The position numbers and the translations under genes are program-made. Shown piece by piece: positions 34,799 to 44,289 of a stretch of 59,977 nt of DNA (position 1 is its first letter; each line of letters opens with the position of its first letter). The stretch comes from a virus. Lineage: Duplodnaviria > Caudoviricetes. The notes beneath the pieces are model-generated. The model made no database searches and was not told the DNA's origin. It saw only the letters and a program-made list of their open reading frames with translations. Where the stretch lies: the IMG/VR virus record IMGVR_UViG_3300031949_000040, positions 1-59,977 of that record; one strand, written 5' to 3'.

Positions 34799-34875
34799 AT
34801 TCCCATAGGAATAAAAAAACTCCCTATTGACAACTGTATACAGTTGTGCTATACTGTATATATTCCAAAAGGAAT
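34799..34875 (+). promoter_or_regulatory. Rightward early promoter flanked by two operators
   Basis: TTGACA(34827)-17-TATACT; ATTCC-N4-GGAAT at 34799 and 34862. Confidence 0.8.
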
Positions 34876-34906
34876 ACATTTTCTTCCAGATTTACAGGAG
34901 CACCCA

Positions 34907-35077
34907 ATGACCCAAAAATTAACTACCATCCTAACCCCCAAGGACCACCAATATATGATTGACCTTTTCAGCCGCAAGCTACAAAGCGCCGGCCCGGTCG
35001 AAACAAAAAGCCTGCTCAAGAAAATTCAGTGGCACGCGCAAGAGTACGTCAACAAAACCGGCCAATTGCCAAAGTAA
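34907..35077 (+). CDS. Hypothetical protein
   Basis: AGGAG RBS; first gene after the promoter. Confidence 0.55.
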   Translation: MTQKLTTILTPKDHQYMIDLFSRKLQSAGPVETKSLLKKIQWHAQEYVNKTGQLPK

Positions 35078-35089
35078 GGAACTCGCCCA

Positions 35090-35299
35090 ATGACCACAGA
35101 AACCGTAACCCTGACATTTAGAAACAGAAACAGCGAAGCCGAAGTAAGGGAAGAAATTCTTGCCACCGAACCTGAAGGGACCGAGATAGTTAAGGTCTAC
35201 CGAGACGGGTTAACCGAGGCAAGGATAAATTTTACTTACAAAATTTTCAAGGCTGAAATTATCAGACCTGCAATAATCACGGCAGCCTGCGCCCGTTGA
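35090..35299 (+). CDS. Hypothetical protein
   Basis: 69 aa; AAGGA RBS. Confidence 0.6.
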   Translation: MTTETVTLTFRNRNSEAEVREEILATEPEGTEIVKVYRDGLTEARINFTYKIFKAEIIRPAIITAACAR

Positions 35300-35444
35300 A
35301 GCCGGGGCGAAAGAGGAATGAGATGGGTACGTGGAAGGCAAAGAAGAATGGTTGCCCCAATTGCGGCAACAAAGGCCGAGCCTGGTCGGCGGCGATCAGG
35401 TTTTGCAAGAAATGCAATTGGGTATTTTCCAAGAAGGCAAAAAA

Positions 35445-35708
35445 ATGATAAGCGAAAGATGCCATAGATGCGGCGCTCCCCTCCAAGCCGGCCAGGATTG
35501 CCCCCATTGCGCCGCCGCCGCAGAGGTCGCCCGGCAAGATAAGGTAAAGGGCATTTGTCCCCATTGCCGGGGCGAGGGTTACTCGCAAGGGCAGAAGTGC
35601 CTGATGTGTAATGGATCAGGTAGAGGCATTCGCTGGCTCAAGAGCGTCATCGACGATGCTCGCCAACTATCCGCCAACGAGCGAGCCAGAAAGTACGGCC
35701 ACCGATGA
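35445..35708 (+). CDS. Zn-finger protein (DnaJ-like CxxCxGxG)
   Basis: CPHCRGEG, CLMCNGSG. Confidence 0.6.
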   Translation: MISERCHRCGAPLQAGQDCPHCAAAAEVARQDKVKGICPHCRGEGYSQGQKCLMCNGSGRGIRWLKSVIDDARQLSANERARKYGHR

Positions 35709-36199
35709 AGCAAATAATCGCCATCGACTGGAACTCAACCTTAGCCGACAACATTGGCACCATCTGCCAATGTACCGGCCTTCGCCGCTCACAGTTCAGC
35801 GAGTGGGACCCGGACCTTTGGACGCCTGAGCTGGGCCAAAGGATGCGAATGGGCAAGGAGCAATTCAATACCTGGATGTGGACTGAGCCAGCACTACAGG
35901 CGATGGCCGCCCCGTACCCGGGTGCAGCGCGGGCCATCGCTCATCTGGCTAAGTATGCCAGGATATGGATCGTGACATCCACGGCTTGCCCGGCGCTGGT
36001 TGCGCCGTGGATGCGCCGAAACAATATTCCTTATGACAAAATCATTCTCAGCAGTGATAAGGGGTCGGTCGAGTGGAATTGGTTGGTTGATGATAGCCCC
36101 GTGACATTGGCAAAATTGGCTGGACATAGAAATGTACTCAGGCACGAGGTTGAATGGAACAAGCATCTCGTAGGCATCCGAGGCGTGAAATGGCAATGA
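35705..36199 (+). CDS. HAD-family 5'(3')-deoxyribonucleotidase-like protein
   Basis: IAIDWNSTLA, PYPGA, IVTS, LVDDSP. Confidence 0.75.
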   Translation: MKQIIAIDWNSTLADNIGTICQCTGLRRSQFSEWDPDLWTPELGQRMRMGKEQFNTWMWTEPALQAMAAPYPGAARAIAHLAKYARIWIVTSTACPALVAPWMRRNNIPYDKIILSSDKGSVEWNWLVDDSPVTLAKLAGHRNVLRHEVEWNKHLVGIRGVKWQ

Positions 36200-36329
36200 T
36201 GAGCACCTGGGAAGCAAAGCTAATAGCAGACATTGAGCGCTACGAAAAAGAATTTGGCCGCTCATTACCCGATACCAGTTTTTACAAGCTGGCGGTTAAG
36301 GCGATTAAGGCGAAGTACGAGGCTAAAAA

Positions 36330-36881
36330 GTGAAACGCGCTCTACTGCTTCACGGCGCCAAGCAAACGCCCGTCACGGTCGAAGAGACCAGCGACGGCGG
36401 CTTGATTGTTCATTTGAATGGCAAGGATTTGTTCAGGTTGGAGCCGGTGGCAGTGCCAATGGGCCGCGACATTACCGCGCAGAGCCTGGATGATCAGCCG
36501 CCATACAAGCGACTTGAACTATTGATCGAGCGGTTCTCCAATAGCAAAGAGGATATGTCAGATCTGGTAATGGACTTGATGGATGATTACAAGCGGCTGA
36601 CGGGGCGACGTTACGAGGCCGTGGCGCAATCGGAGAGCCAGCTTCAGCAAGACCTGATCATACTCAAGCCACACATGGCCAAGCTCATTGCTGGCGGCGA
36701 ACTGGCTAGAGGCTGGCAGAGCCGTGTTGCTGAGTATCTCGATTTACCTAACACCGGCGGCGCTTTTCGGAAGCGAATTCTTGCCGCTGGCCATACCTTA
36801 CGTGAATTCTACTTTTCTACAGCCGAAAAAGTCTCTACTACCGAGGTAGAAACCAAAAATAGGCGAGTTTCGACGGGGTAG
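36330..36881 (+). CDS. Hypothetical protein
   Basis: 183 aa ORF in the operon. Confidence 0.55.
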   Translation: MKRALLLHGAKQTPVTVEETSDGGLIVHLNGKDLFRLEPVAVPMGRDITAQSLDDQPPYKRLELLIERFSNSKEDMSDLVMDLMDDYKRLTGRRYEAVAQSESQLQQDLIILKPHMAKLIAGGELARGWQSRVAEYLDLPNTGGAFRKRILAAGHTLREFYFSTAEKVSTTEVETKNRRVSTG

Positions 36882-37177
36882 AAAAGTAGAAAACTCAAAT
36901 TAGCCCAAAAATGAAAGCCCGATTGATGCAACCAACATCAATCGGGCCACAAACCAAACCACGAAAGGAAAAGTAAACCGATGAACATTTTAATCAAGTT
37001 CGTTCAAAAAAACAAATGGAACGTTCAAGGCGAACAGAGGCCAATGCTACAAAAGCGGCAAGTACCCAAGGTAAATCGCGCTCAGGCAATATTATTCAAA
37101 GCCCTGGATCGCTCACTCTTGCACGGCTACCATTCCGTAAAATGGGACAGGGTGGGGCTATCCCACAGGGGGACTTC

Positions 37178-37402
37178 GTGAAAACAACAATCTTTGGTTA
37201 CACTTTGGAAATTTACATTACCCGCGCCTATTTAGCAGAAACGCTGCTGAGGTTATCCAGGGGCCAACCCGGCGAGTCTCATAAGATCAAGCTCATTAAA
37301 GCCTTGAGGGAATTTAGCAATTATGAGATTGGCCTAAGTGAAGCCAAGAGCAAGGTAGAGGCAATGTTTGACTTCTCTACCGGAAAGCCGGTGATAAAAT
37401 AA
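37178..37402 (+). CDS. Ribosomal protein L7/L12 C-terminal-domain-like protein
   Basis: KIKLIKALRE...IGLSEAKSKVE; GGGGA RBS before the GTG. Confidence 0.6.
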   Translation: MKTTIFGYTLEIYITRAYLAETLLRLSRGQPGESHKIKLIKALREFSNYEIGLSEAKSKVEAMFDFSTGKPVIK

Positions 37403-37743
37403 TGGCCGATCCGAGATTTAAGCACGGAATGATCCGCTCAAACTGGCACAAGCCTGAAACTAAACTCGACAGTCCCATCCTCTACGGCTGGCAGCCCGTT
37501 GACGTAAACGACGAAGGTTTCACCGTTTTCGCGCTGGGTGATGCTCTGATGAGAGCCACAATGCCACGCGATAACCTCAAGGATCAATGGATTGTTTTCC
37601 TTAACGGGAAAGTGCTCGCTGGCTACACCGGCGATTTATCCCTCATTACTGAGGATGTACGCAAGGCGATTGATGAAATTCCATTCGATGGCCGTCCGTG
37701 CCTACAGCGCGACGGGAGCCTGATTGGAGAGGCGGGCCTGTGA
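37402..37743 (+). CDS. Hypothetical protein
   Basis: 113 aa; start overlaps the upstream stop. Confidence 0.55.
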   Translation: MADPRFKHGMIRSNWHKPETKLDSPILYGWQPVDVNDEGFTVFALGDALMRATMPRDNLKDQWIVFLNGKVLAGYTGDLSLITEDVRKAIDEIPFDGRPCLQRDGSLIGEAGL

Positions 37744-37805
37744 GCATCGGGGCGTATTTTTTACCAAACCATACTATTCCAAAAGAAGCGTTCGGAGGTG
37801 ACAAA

Positions 37806-38114
37806 ATGAGTGACCAAACTAACGGCAAGCGGCGCATTAACGTTGAGGAATTGGTAAATTTTATGGCAGATACAAGCCGGCGTTTGATTTCATTATGTGA
37901 GCAATACGAACTTAAACCTTGCTGGATACATCAACAACTCGAAGCGCCAAGCCTATTGGCGTTTATCCAGTCTCTGGACCCGACACTTTTGAAAAATCTT
38001 TATATCTCAACGAAAGAACCCAGTGGTCAACCCTGGTTTATCCTGTTCGCCAGATTTGGCTTACCCGGTAGTGACGAAGAACTTATCACCCTATCTGCTA
38101 AAGTAAAGGAGTAA
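37806..38114 (+). CDS. Hypothetical protein
   Basis: GGAGGTG RBS before MSDQTN. Confidence 0.55.
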   Translation: MSDQTNGKRRINVEELVNFMADTSRRLISLCEQYELKPCWIHQQLEAPSLLAFIQSLDPTLLKNLYISTKEPSGQPWFILFARFGLPGSDEELITLSAKVKE

Positions 38115-38156
38115 TCTAATGCCAGGACAACATCCATATGAAAGGATAATTTCACT

Positions 38157-38381
38157 ATGACAAACCGCATCAATTACACAGATAGATTTATTGAGCCAAA
38201 AACCAAGGCCGACGAGGTAATGCTGATTGCTTTCAACCTGGCAGGGAAAGACATCCCTTTGACCCTGGCAAATGCTATAGAGGCATTAAAGCAGGGCCTG
38301 GTCAATGCGCCGGATATGTGGCTACTAACGGTGGATGATTTACCGTTGCTCTGGGTGGCACTTGTCGAGCAAAAAATTTAG
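38157..38381 (+). CDS. Hypothetical protein
   Basis: 74 aa. Confidence 0.55.
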   Translation: MTNRINYTDRFIEPKTKADEVMLIAFNLAGKDIPLTLANAIEALKQGLVNAPDMWLLTVDDLPLLWVALVEQKI

Positions 38382-38387
38382 GTAGAT

Positions 38388-38753
38388 ATGTCCGATCTTA
38401 CCGCCTTACTCGCAGACAGAGAAAAACTTTCGGCTAGGATGGAGACAATTGAGGCTGCATGGGCCGATATTGTTAAGTCCGTTTCTACTGCCGATGCCGA
38501 GATAGCCGAGGCCAAAAAAGCGCGAGCGAAGTTGGTCGAAAGTGGGCAGCGGATACGGGCTTTGCTGGTGGAGGTTCGGCAAGAACTTTGCAGACACGAC
38601 GCCCTAATAAAAAGCGCCTGCGACGTTATTGCCGACAGCAAAATAGGCAACCGTGAGGGGGCCTGCCTCTTGAACCACGGGATGATAATCGCCCGCACTC
38701 GCGTAAATGGGTCCCTTTATACGGCAATGGTAAATATTTACGACAGCAGCTAG
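38388..38753 (+). CDS. Hypothetical coiled-coil protein
   Basis: Heptad-rich, 121 aa. Confidence 0.55.
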   Translation: MSDLTALLADREKLSARMETIEAAWADIVKSVSTADAEIAEAKKARAKLVESGQRIRALLVEVRQELCRHDALIKSACDVIADSKIGNREGACLLNHGMIIARTRVNGSLYTAMVNIYDSS

Positions 38754-38760
38754 GAGGCTT

Positions 38761-39042
38761 ATGGCCCACAAGAGCAAATTTCGCACCTTCAATTCCAGCG
38801 TTACAATGCGCATCGGCGGCGAGGTTGTGAACAAGATCGTCGCTCGCTATGCCTATCGTTGCAGCGAGTGTCTTGGCGAACTCAGGTATCACAACAACGG
38901 CCTTGCTTGCGCCGTTAACGTAGCTCATCAGGGCTTTATCCACAAAAATGAAGCGGTTCGAATAGTTGAGTTGCAAAAAGAAAACATTAAAGAATTAGAG
39001 CAATTTTATGAAATCGTAGATGGGAAGGTAGTGATAAAGTGA
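38761..39042 (+). CDS. Hypothetical protein
   Basis: AGGAGG RBS; CSEC motif. Confidence 0.6.
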   Translation: MAHKSKFRTFNSSVTMRIGGEVVNKIVARYAYRCSECLGELRYHNNGLACAVNVAHQGFIHKNEAVRIVELQKENIKELEQFYEIVDGKVVIK

Positions 39043-40196
39043 GTATAAAAGGACTGACCGACAGACCAGCAGCATTCCCAAGCGTAGGTATTCTACGCAA
39101 GGGAGAAAAGAAGGTTAAGGAAAACGCCCCTGGCAAAGATTTAACGTTCTTCCGGTTCGTGACTGATGACGATCTGGCCGCAAAGATGTTCGCAGAGGCT
39201 TACCCCGATGAAGAGGCACTAAGAAATATTAACATCTTTTTGCCCTTCAAGACTACCGATGAAAATATGGATAGCTGGATCGAAAAATGGGTAGCCAGCA
39301 GTCTCGTTTATCGGAGCGACGGCGAAACGGTGGTTTTGTGGCGAAAAGAGAGAGGCGGCTTTTCTACCGAACTTAAACCAGACCCCAAGCCAGCAGTAGG
39401 AGAGGATGGCAAGCGGGCTGATGGAAGTTCTCAGGTAGGCCGACTTTCCGTTATCATCCCCGACCTGGGGCGCTTCGCAACTGTAACCATTATGACAACC
39501 AGCAAAAATGACATCCTGAATTTAACCAGACAGTTACGTGGTTACGAGGCGCTTTTGGGAGATTTGCGAGGAACGCCGTTCGTGATCCGTCGCCGGCCTC
39601 ATATGATTAGTACGCCGGCCCAAAATGGTAAGCGGGCGCGACGTGAGAGCTACTTACTCTCAATCGAGACGCAGGCGCAATGGTCAATCCAGAGACTTGG
39701 AATGATGGAGCGGGCAGCGTTGGCAGCGGGCAATATGGTTATTGACGCTGGCGGAGAATATGACCTCGAGCAATTACCGGCAAGTATCACATCTCCGTTC
39801 GAGGATGAAGTATCTCAGTCTGGTCCGTCGCCCGCCCCGGAAACACCAAAATCACCCACACCTGAGCCAGCGCCAGCAGTCACCCCAACCAACGGCGACA
39901 TACCCCGCACCCCACAAGCCCTACTGGACACGGTCAACCGCCGTGTCGAAGCCACCTATGACAGCCTGTTTCTTATTGAAAAAGCCATAGTAAAAGAACT
40001 GGGTAAGGGTTGGACGTGGCCCAAGTCGAATGATGCGGCTGGCTGGAAAGCGGCTTATGAAGCGGCTTATGGTCACGCTGTAGCCAAGACAGTATCAGCG
40101 CCGATCGAGGCTACTGGCGAGCAGCAAGAGCTATTTGACGGCGAGGAGTTGGATGACGCTTTTCCACGGGGTAGCGGGGCGGCTTATGAGGATTAG
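39039..40196 (+). CDS. Gp3-like/recombination directionality factor-like protein
   Basis: G.LRKGEK...PGKDLTFFRF, GRLSVIIP, TTSKN..L...L. Confidence 0.6.
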   Translation: MSIKGLTDRPAAFPSVGILRKGEKKVKENAPGKDLTFFRFVTDDDLAAKMFAEAYPDEEALRNINIFLPFKTTDENMDSWIEKWVASSLVYRSDGETVVLWRKERGGFSTELKPDPKPAVGEDGKRADGSSQVGRLSVIIPDLGRFATVTIMTTSKNDILNLTRQLRGYEALLGDLRGTPFVIRRRPHMISTPAQNGKRARRESYLLSIETQAQWSIQRLGMMERAALAAGNMVIDAGGEYDLEQLPASITSPFEDEVSQSGPSPAPETPKSPTPEPAPAVTPTNGDIPRTPQALLDTVNRRVEATYDSLFLIEKAIVKELGKGWTWPKSNDAAGWKAAYEAAYGHAVAKTVSAPIEATGEQQELFDGEELDDAFPRGSGAAYED

Positions 40197-41345
40197 ATGG
40201 CAACAATAGCGACTTTGCTATCAGGTGGCGAGTGCGTTGGAGTTGGCGCAAGAGAGGCCGGTCTAACTCACCTTTGGGGATTTGAAATCGAGAATGATAT
40301 AGCACAGGTAGCACGCGATAACGGTTTCAATGTCACCACGGCTGATGTGATGCAGCTTGATCCGGCCGCCCTAGAAGTTCCCGATGTGTTACACGCTTCG
40401 CCGGTTTGCAAGCGGGCCAGCGGTGCAAATCAGAGCGCAGAGCTAAACGAGGATGGCACGAAGGAAGCGCCGGAAGATACTGAGATGGGCGCAAAGATAG
40501 CGAGTTTTATTGACGTGATGACACCCAGGATTGTGACCATCGAAAATGTCTACGCCTATCGCAAGTTTAAGGCGTTCAAAATCATCTGCAATGCCCTGGA
40601 GAGGGGCGGCTATATGTGGGACTTCGACAATCTTAACAGCGCCGATTATGGCGTGTCTCAAACACGGCGACGGCTGATACTCAGGGCTAAACGCGGGGCG
40701 CTGTTGCCAAACTTGCCGCAGCCTGAAAGGTGGGTCGGTTGGTATTCTGCGATTTTAGACCTTATCCCAACATTGCCGGATAGTCAGTTTGCAAAGTGGC
40801 AGTTGGAGCGATTGCCGGATGAAATCAAGCAAGCCCTGCTGGTAGATTCAGCGGGTTATCCTGATGAAACGGGCGCAAGAGTAGCGGTTACACGTGGCAT
40901 AATCGAACCGGCCAATACCATAGTAGCCAACCATGAGCGTAGGCCGATGCGCGCCTTTATTGTTGGCACAAACGCCAACGATACCAGCAAGGCAAAGATT
41001 TATCAAACAGCAGATGATCCGGTCCAGGTAATTAGAACGCCCGGCGACGGTCGCGAGTTACGGGCTTTTCTGGTTGGCGGTGGAAACACCCAATTAGCAC
41101 AGGTTGACAGCAAGGCGAGAAACGAATCAGAGCCATCATTCACCGTTTTTGCTGGCGACAATCACCGATCCCGCGCCTGGCTATCTCAGGGCCGCGTCGT
41201 GTCAATGACGCCAATAGCATTAGCTAGATTCCAATCCATTCCCGATTCGTACATTCTGCCGGAAAGCAAAAAACTCGCTTGTGCCATAATTGGCAATGCT
41301 GTCCCACCGCTTATGTATCAAAAAATCATCAAGCAACTAATCTAA
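40197..41345 (+). CDS. DNA cytosine-5 methyltransferase
   Basis: HASPVC, IENV, YGVSQTRRR, ARFQSIPD, IGNAVPP. Confidence 0.9.
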   Translation: MATIATLLSGGECVGVGAREAGLTHLWGFEIENDIAQVARDNGFNVTTADVMQLDPAALEVPDVLHASPVCKRASGANQSAELNEDGTKEAPEDTEMGAKIASFIDVMTPRIVTIENVYAYRKFKAFKIICNALERGGYMWDFDNLNSADYGVSQTRRRLILRAKRGALLPNLPQPERWVGWYSAILDLIPTLPDSQFAKWQLERLPDEIKQALLVDSAGYPDETGARVAVTRGIIEPANTIVANHERRPMRAFIVGTNANDTSKAKIYQTADDPVQVIRTPGDGRELRAFLVGGGNTQLAQVDSKARNESEPSFTVFAGDNHRSRAWLSQGRVVSMTPIALARFQSIPDSYILPESKKLACAIIGNAVPPLMYQKIIKQLI

Positions 41346-41360
41346 GAAAGGACACCCGCC

Positions 41361-41696
41361 ATGCTAATAATCATCCTCGCAGCCGCAATAGTAATCAATT
41401 TCCTCCTATGGCGTCTCTACCGCCGTGACCTCGCCAGTGAACTCGAAGCGACAAAGCAGCGGTTGAGGCTGATCGAAACGGTTAATCTTAATTTGCACGA
41501 CTATTGCGATGCTCTTGAGGCAGAGAACAGCAGCCTAATCCGCTATGAGGATGAATTACACGCCCGTTGCGAGCGATATCGGCAAGCGATGCTGACCGAG
41601 GCTTTAGCAGCTAAAATGCGGGCAGAGCCGGCGGCGCGGGTACATATAATCCAGCGCAAGAATGGCGCGTGGTTGATAGATAGCAATTCAAATTAG
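41361..41696 (+). CDS. Membrane-anchored coiled-coil protein
   Basis: N-terminal TM plus heptads. Confidence 0.6.
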   Translation: MLIIILAAAIVINFLLWRLYRRDLASELEATKQRLRLIETVNLNLHDYCDALEAENSSLIRYEDELHARCERYRQAMLTEALAAKMRAEPAARVHIIQRKNGAWLIDSNSN

Positions 41697-41872
41697 CGTC
41701 ACGATGTAGACCGCTAAGGAGGCGGTGAAAGATGTTCACTTGACCTGATAGAATATCCGTGCTACTATAGACATAACAACTGCTCGCGGCGCGTTGGCTG
41801 TGAGCGTTTCTATATACTCCGCCGATCGCGAGCCGGCGGAGTTTCTTTTTTGCAATTGGATAGGATTGTTAC

Positions 41873-42382
41873 TTGGCTGACGACACGCTTCCTCAGTTTG
41901 ATGATGCGGCAATTGAGGCGCTTTCTCGCATTGCCAAGGCAAAAGAGGATGATAATAAATTACGCCAGTCGGAAAACAATATTCTCCGCCGCCGTGAACA
42001 AATCGCGCTTGATGATATTGACCAGACGACCAAGTTGCGTTTTGAAGTCCAGCGCCTTATCCTCGAACTCGACAAGCTGGCAGAGCAAATAGGTGCATCT
42101 ATTTCAGCGCAGCAGCTGCAGGCGGCACAAATCAAGGCACTACGCGAGGACGTAGGCAAAATAGATGATAACATGGTGCTACTTTTGACCGAACACAACC
42201 CGCAAGCCGTTACCGTGGCAATCAATGAAACCAGCAAGCGGAAACTCATCAGGCAGCACCGCAAGAACCTTGACAAGCTGCTGGAACAGGCGGCAGAGTA
42301 TGGTAGCTCCGATGTGCCGTTGCACATTCAAAACAAGATTGAACGTGAGCAGCAGGCATTAGACGATCTCGAGGGGCAATGA
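41873..42382 (+). CDS. Coiled-coil hypothetical protein
   Basis: 169 aa; C-terminal RKNL..L.EQAA.YG..VPL. Confidence 0.6.
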   Translation: MADDTLPQFDDAAIEALSRIAKAKEDDNKLRQSENNILRRREQIALDDIDQTTKLRFEVQRLILELDKLAEQIGASISAQQLQAAQIKALREDVGKIDDNMVLLLTEHNPQAVTVAINETSKRKLIRQHRKNLDKLLEQAAEYGSSDVPLHIQNKIEREQQALDDLEGQ

Positions 42383-43008
42383 TTAAATTGTTTGACTTCC
42401 TCTTTTCCATCCCGAAATGGATCGGCTTCGTGGGCGCGATCCTGTTCGCGCTTGCTTACCACGCCGGCAGCCTCTATTTTGGCTATTCCATCACCGTATC
42501 CTGGCTATGGCTGCTCCTCATAATCGCTGGCCTGGTCGCCGGGCTACGTCTCAGCCTTGCCCTCGCGGCCTTGATTTTCGCCTATACATTTTTTGCCATT
42601 CCCGGCGAGCCAAGCCGGGTCGTTCAAGTCGGTATTGCCAGCGCACTCGTGGCGGCGCTGGTTGGCGGGTACTCGCGTTACTCACATCATTTGTTGGAGC
42701 AGGCCAGGGAGTTGTGGATTGAGGCCGAATTGCAGCGGAATATTGTCATAGAGATCGAGAAGGCGGCCCAATTACTAGAGGACGCGAACGGTAATATCGC
42801 CAAGGTCAAAAAGGCCCGCATTGACGTGCAGGCCGTTCTCTATAATTTCTCTTTTCCTGATAATGTCAGAACCCAATTAAACGGCATCGTTCACGATTTG
42901 GGCAATCTTGAATTAGCTACTGCCGGTTGGAGGGGGCTGCACAAAATCATTGAGGATGTCAAGGATGCCAAACTTGAAATCGGGGAACGGATGAGGCGCG
43001 GGCTATGA
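42379..43008 (+). CDS. Multi-pass membrane protein
   Basis: About four TM segments plus a coiled coil. Confidence 0.6.
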   Translation: MIKLFDFLFSIPKWIGFVGAILFALAYHAGSLYFGYSITVSWLWLLLIIAGLVAGLRLSLALAALIFAYTFFAIPGEPSRVVQVGIASALVAALVGGYSRYSHHLLEQARELWIEAELQRNIVIEIEKAAQLLEDANGNIAKVKKARIDVQAVLYNFSFPDNVRTQLNGIVHDLGNLELATAGWRGLHKIIEDVKDAKLEIGERMRRGL

Positions 43009-43295
43009 CCGCCGTTCAACTCGTAAACCTATGGCAGCGCCAGCGCCGCATCACACCGCCGCTCTATGAGCTGCTCATTAAGCGCCTAACCGTCCGGCCC
43101 TATTCGCAATATTCAACTGCTATCACTGGCATATCAGCCGACCGGTTTAAGGAAATGATTACCAGCGGCGAAATAATGAAAGTGCGCGGCATAGGTGACA
43201 GCCGTCTTGAGGTACTCAGGCAGCTTGTGAAGTCGCATCACCCAGCGCTTTATATGGATAGGGAGCAACTAATGAGGCTGGGCGAGGTGGCATGA
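43005..43295 (+). CDS. Hypothetical protein with HhH motif
   Basis: KVRGIGDSRL. Confidence 0.55.
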   Translation: MTAVQLVNLWQRQRRITPPLYELLIKRLTVRPYSQYSTAITGISADRFKEMITSGEIMKVRGIGDSRLEVLRQLVKSHHPALYMDREQLMRLGEVA

Positions 43296-43567
43296 TGATT
43301 GGCAACTATTACCCGCACTTTCCGCCACGGCCACCCACGCCGCCGTTTGCTGGCCAGCAACGCGGCACTGCGCCCGATGTGCCACTAGCTCAATTCAATG
43401 CGGCGCAAGAGGTCCTTGATGCATCGCATTTAAGTGCTGATGGTCTGAGAGTGTACATCGAATATGAGTTTAGCGTGCGGGTGTGCTATTGGGATGAGGA
43501 GACGAAACGGTATGGTAGCAGCTTTCCTTGTTCAGAAGGCTTGCCGGCGGATGCGGTGAGGCTGTGA
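43292..43567 (+). CDS. Hypothetical protein
   Basis: 91 aa; overlapping start/stop. Confidence 0.5.
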   Translation: MMIGNYYPHFPPRPPTPPFAGQQRGTAPDVPLAQFNAAQEVLDASHLSADGLRVYIEYEFSVRVCYWDEETKRYGSSFPCSEGLPADAVRL

Positions 43568-43758
43568 CCAAGAAAAAGCCTGAACCAACCACCATTCTTG
43601 GTCTATCGGGTCAAACCTATACCATCACCATCACTGAGCGCGGTTTGCGAATTGATATTGATGACCAGCATCGGATTGTCTACACCTCGGTTGTGACGGA
43701 TGGGGTGCGGAATTTGCGATTTGAGGTTGAGCCGGTGAGAGGGAAGCGAGAGAAATAG

Positions 43759-44289
43759 ATGACACCGAGTAAGCGTCCACGTCGGCGCTATGATGACAAA
43801 TTCAGAGCCTCCGCCGTGGTGATGCTGGAAGCGGCTGGATACCCCAATAGGGAAGGTGCGCTAATGGAGGTATCTCGCCATCTAGGTATGCCTCATAACA
43901 CCCTCCGTAACTGGTATCATTCAGTGCACAATCCCCCACCGTCAGAACTTAGACAGCATGTAAAAAAGAGCCTTGTCGAGATGTTGGATGATATGGCTTA
44001 TAAACTCGTGGGAGCAATGCCGGACAAGATAATTGACGCATCTTTGCAACAAACGGCTACATCGCTGGCTATTGTGATTGATAAGCATCAGCTTCTCACT
44101 GGTCAACCAACATGGCGCATTGAATTGATAAATCTACTCAAAGATGGCACTATTACCCCACAGGACATAATGAATGAGTTTGCAGGTGAAGTCCCTCAAG
44201 GATTACTTGAGTCCTTCGGCTTATCAGCAGTTGAAATTAGAGAAGCTGAAATGGAAAGCGCAGCAGCGCCTAACTCTGAAGGCTCCTGA
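43759..44289 (+). CDS. Terminase small subunit (HTH type), putative
   Basis: RRRYDDKFRA..V...VSRHLGMPHNTLRNW; upstream of the large subunit. Confidence 0.7.
   Translation: MTPSKRPRRRYDDKFRASAVVMLEAAGYPNREGALMEVSRHLGMPHNTLRNWYHSVHNPPPSELRQHVKKSLVEMLDDMAYKLVGAMPDKIIDASLQQTATSLAIVIDKHQLLTGQPTWRIELINLLKDGTITPQDIMNEFAGEVPQGLLESFGLSAVEIREAEMESAAAPNSEGS

Noticed and set aside
43759-43960. IS3-like transposase HTH
   Set aside because: No DDE domain or IS ends; its position before the terminase fits a small subunit
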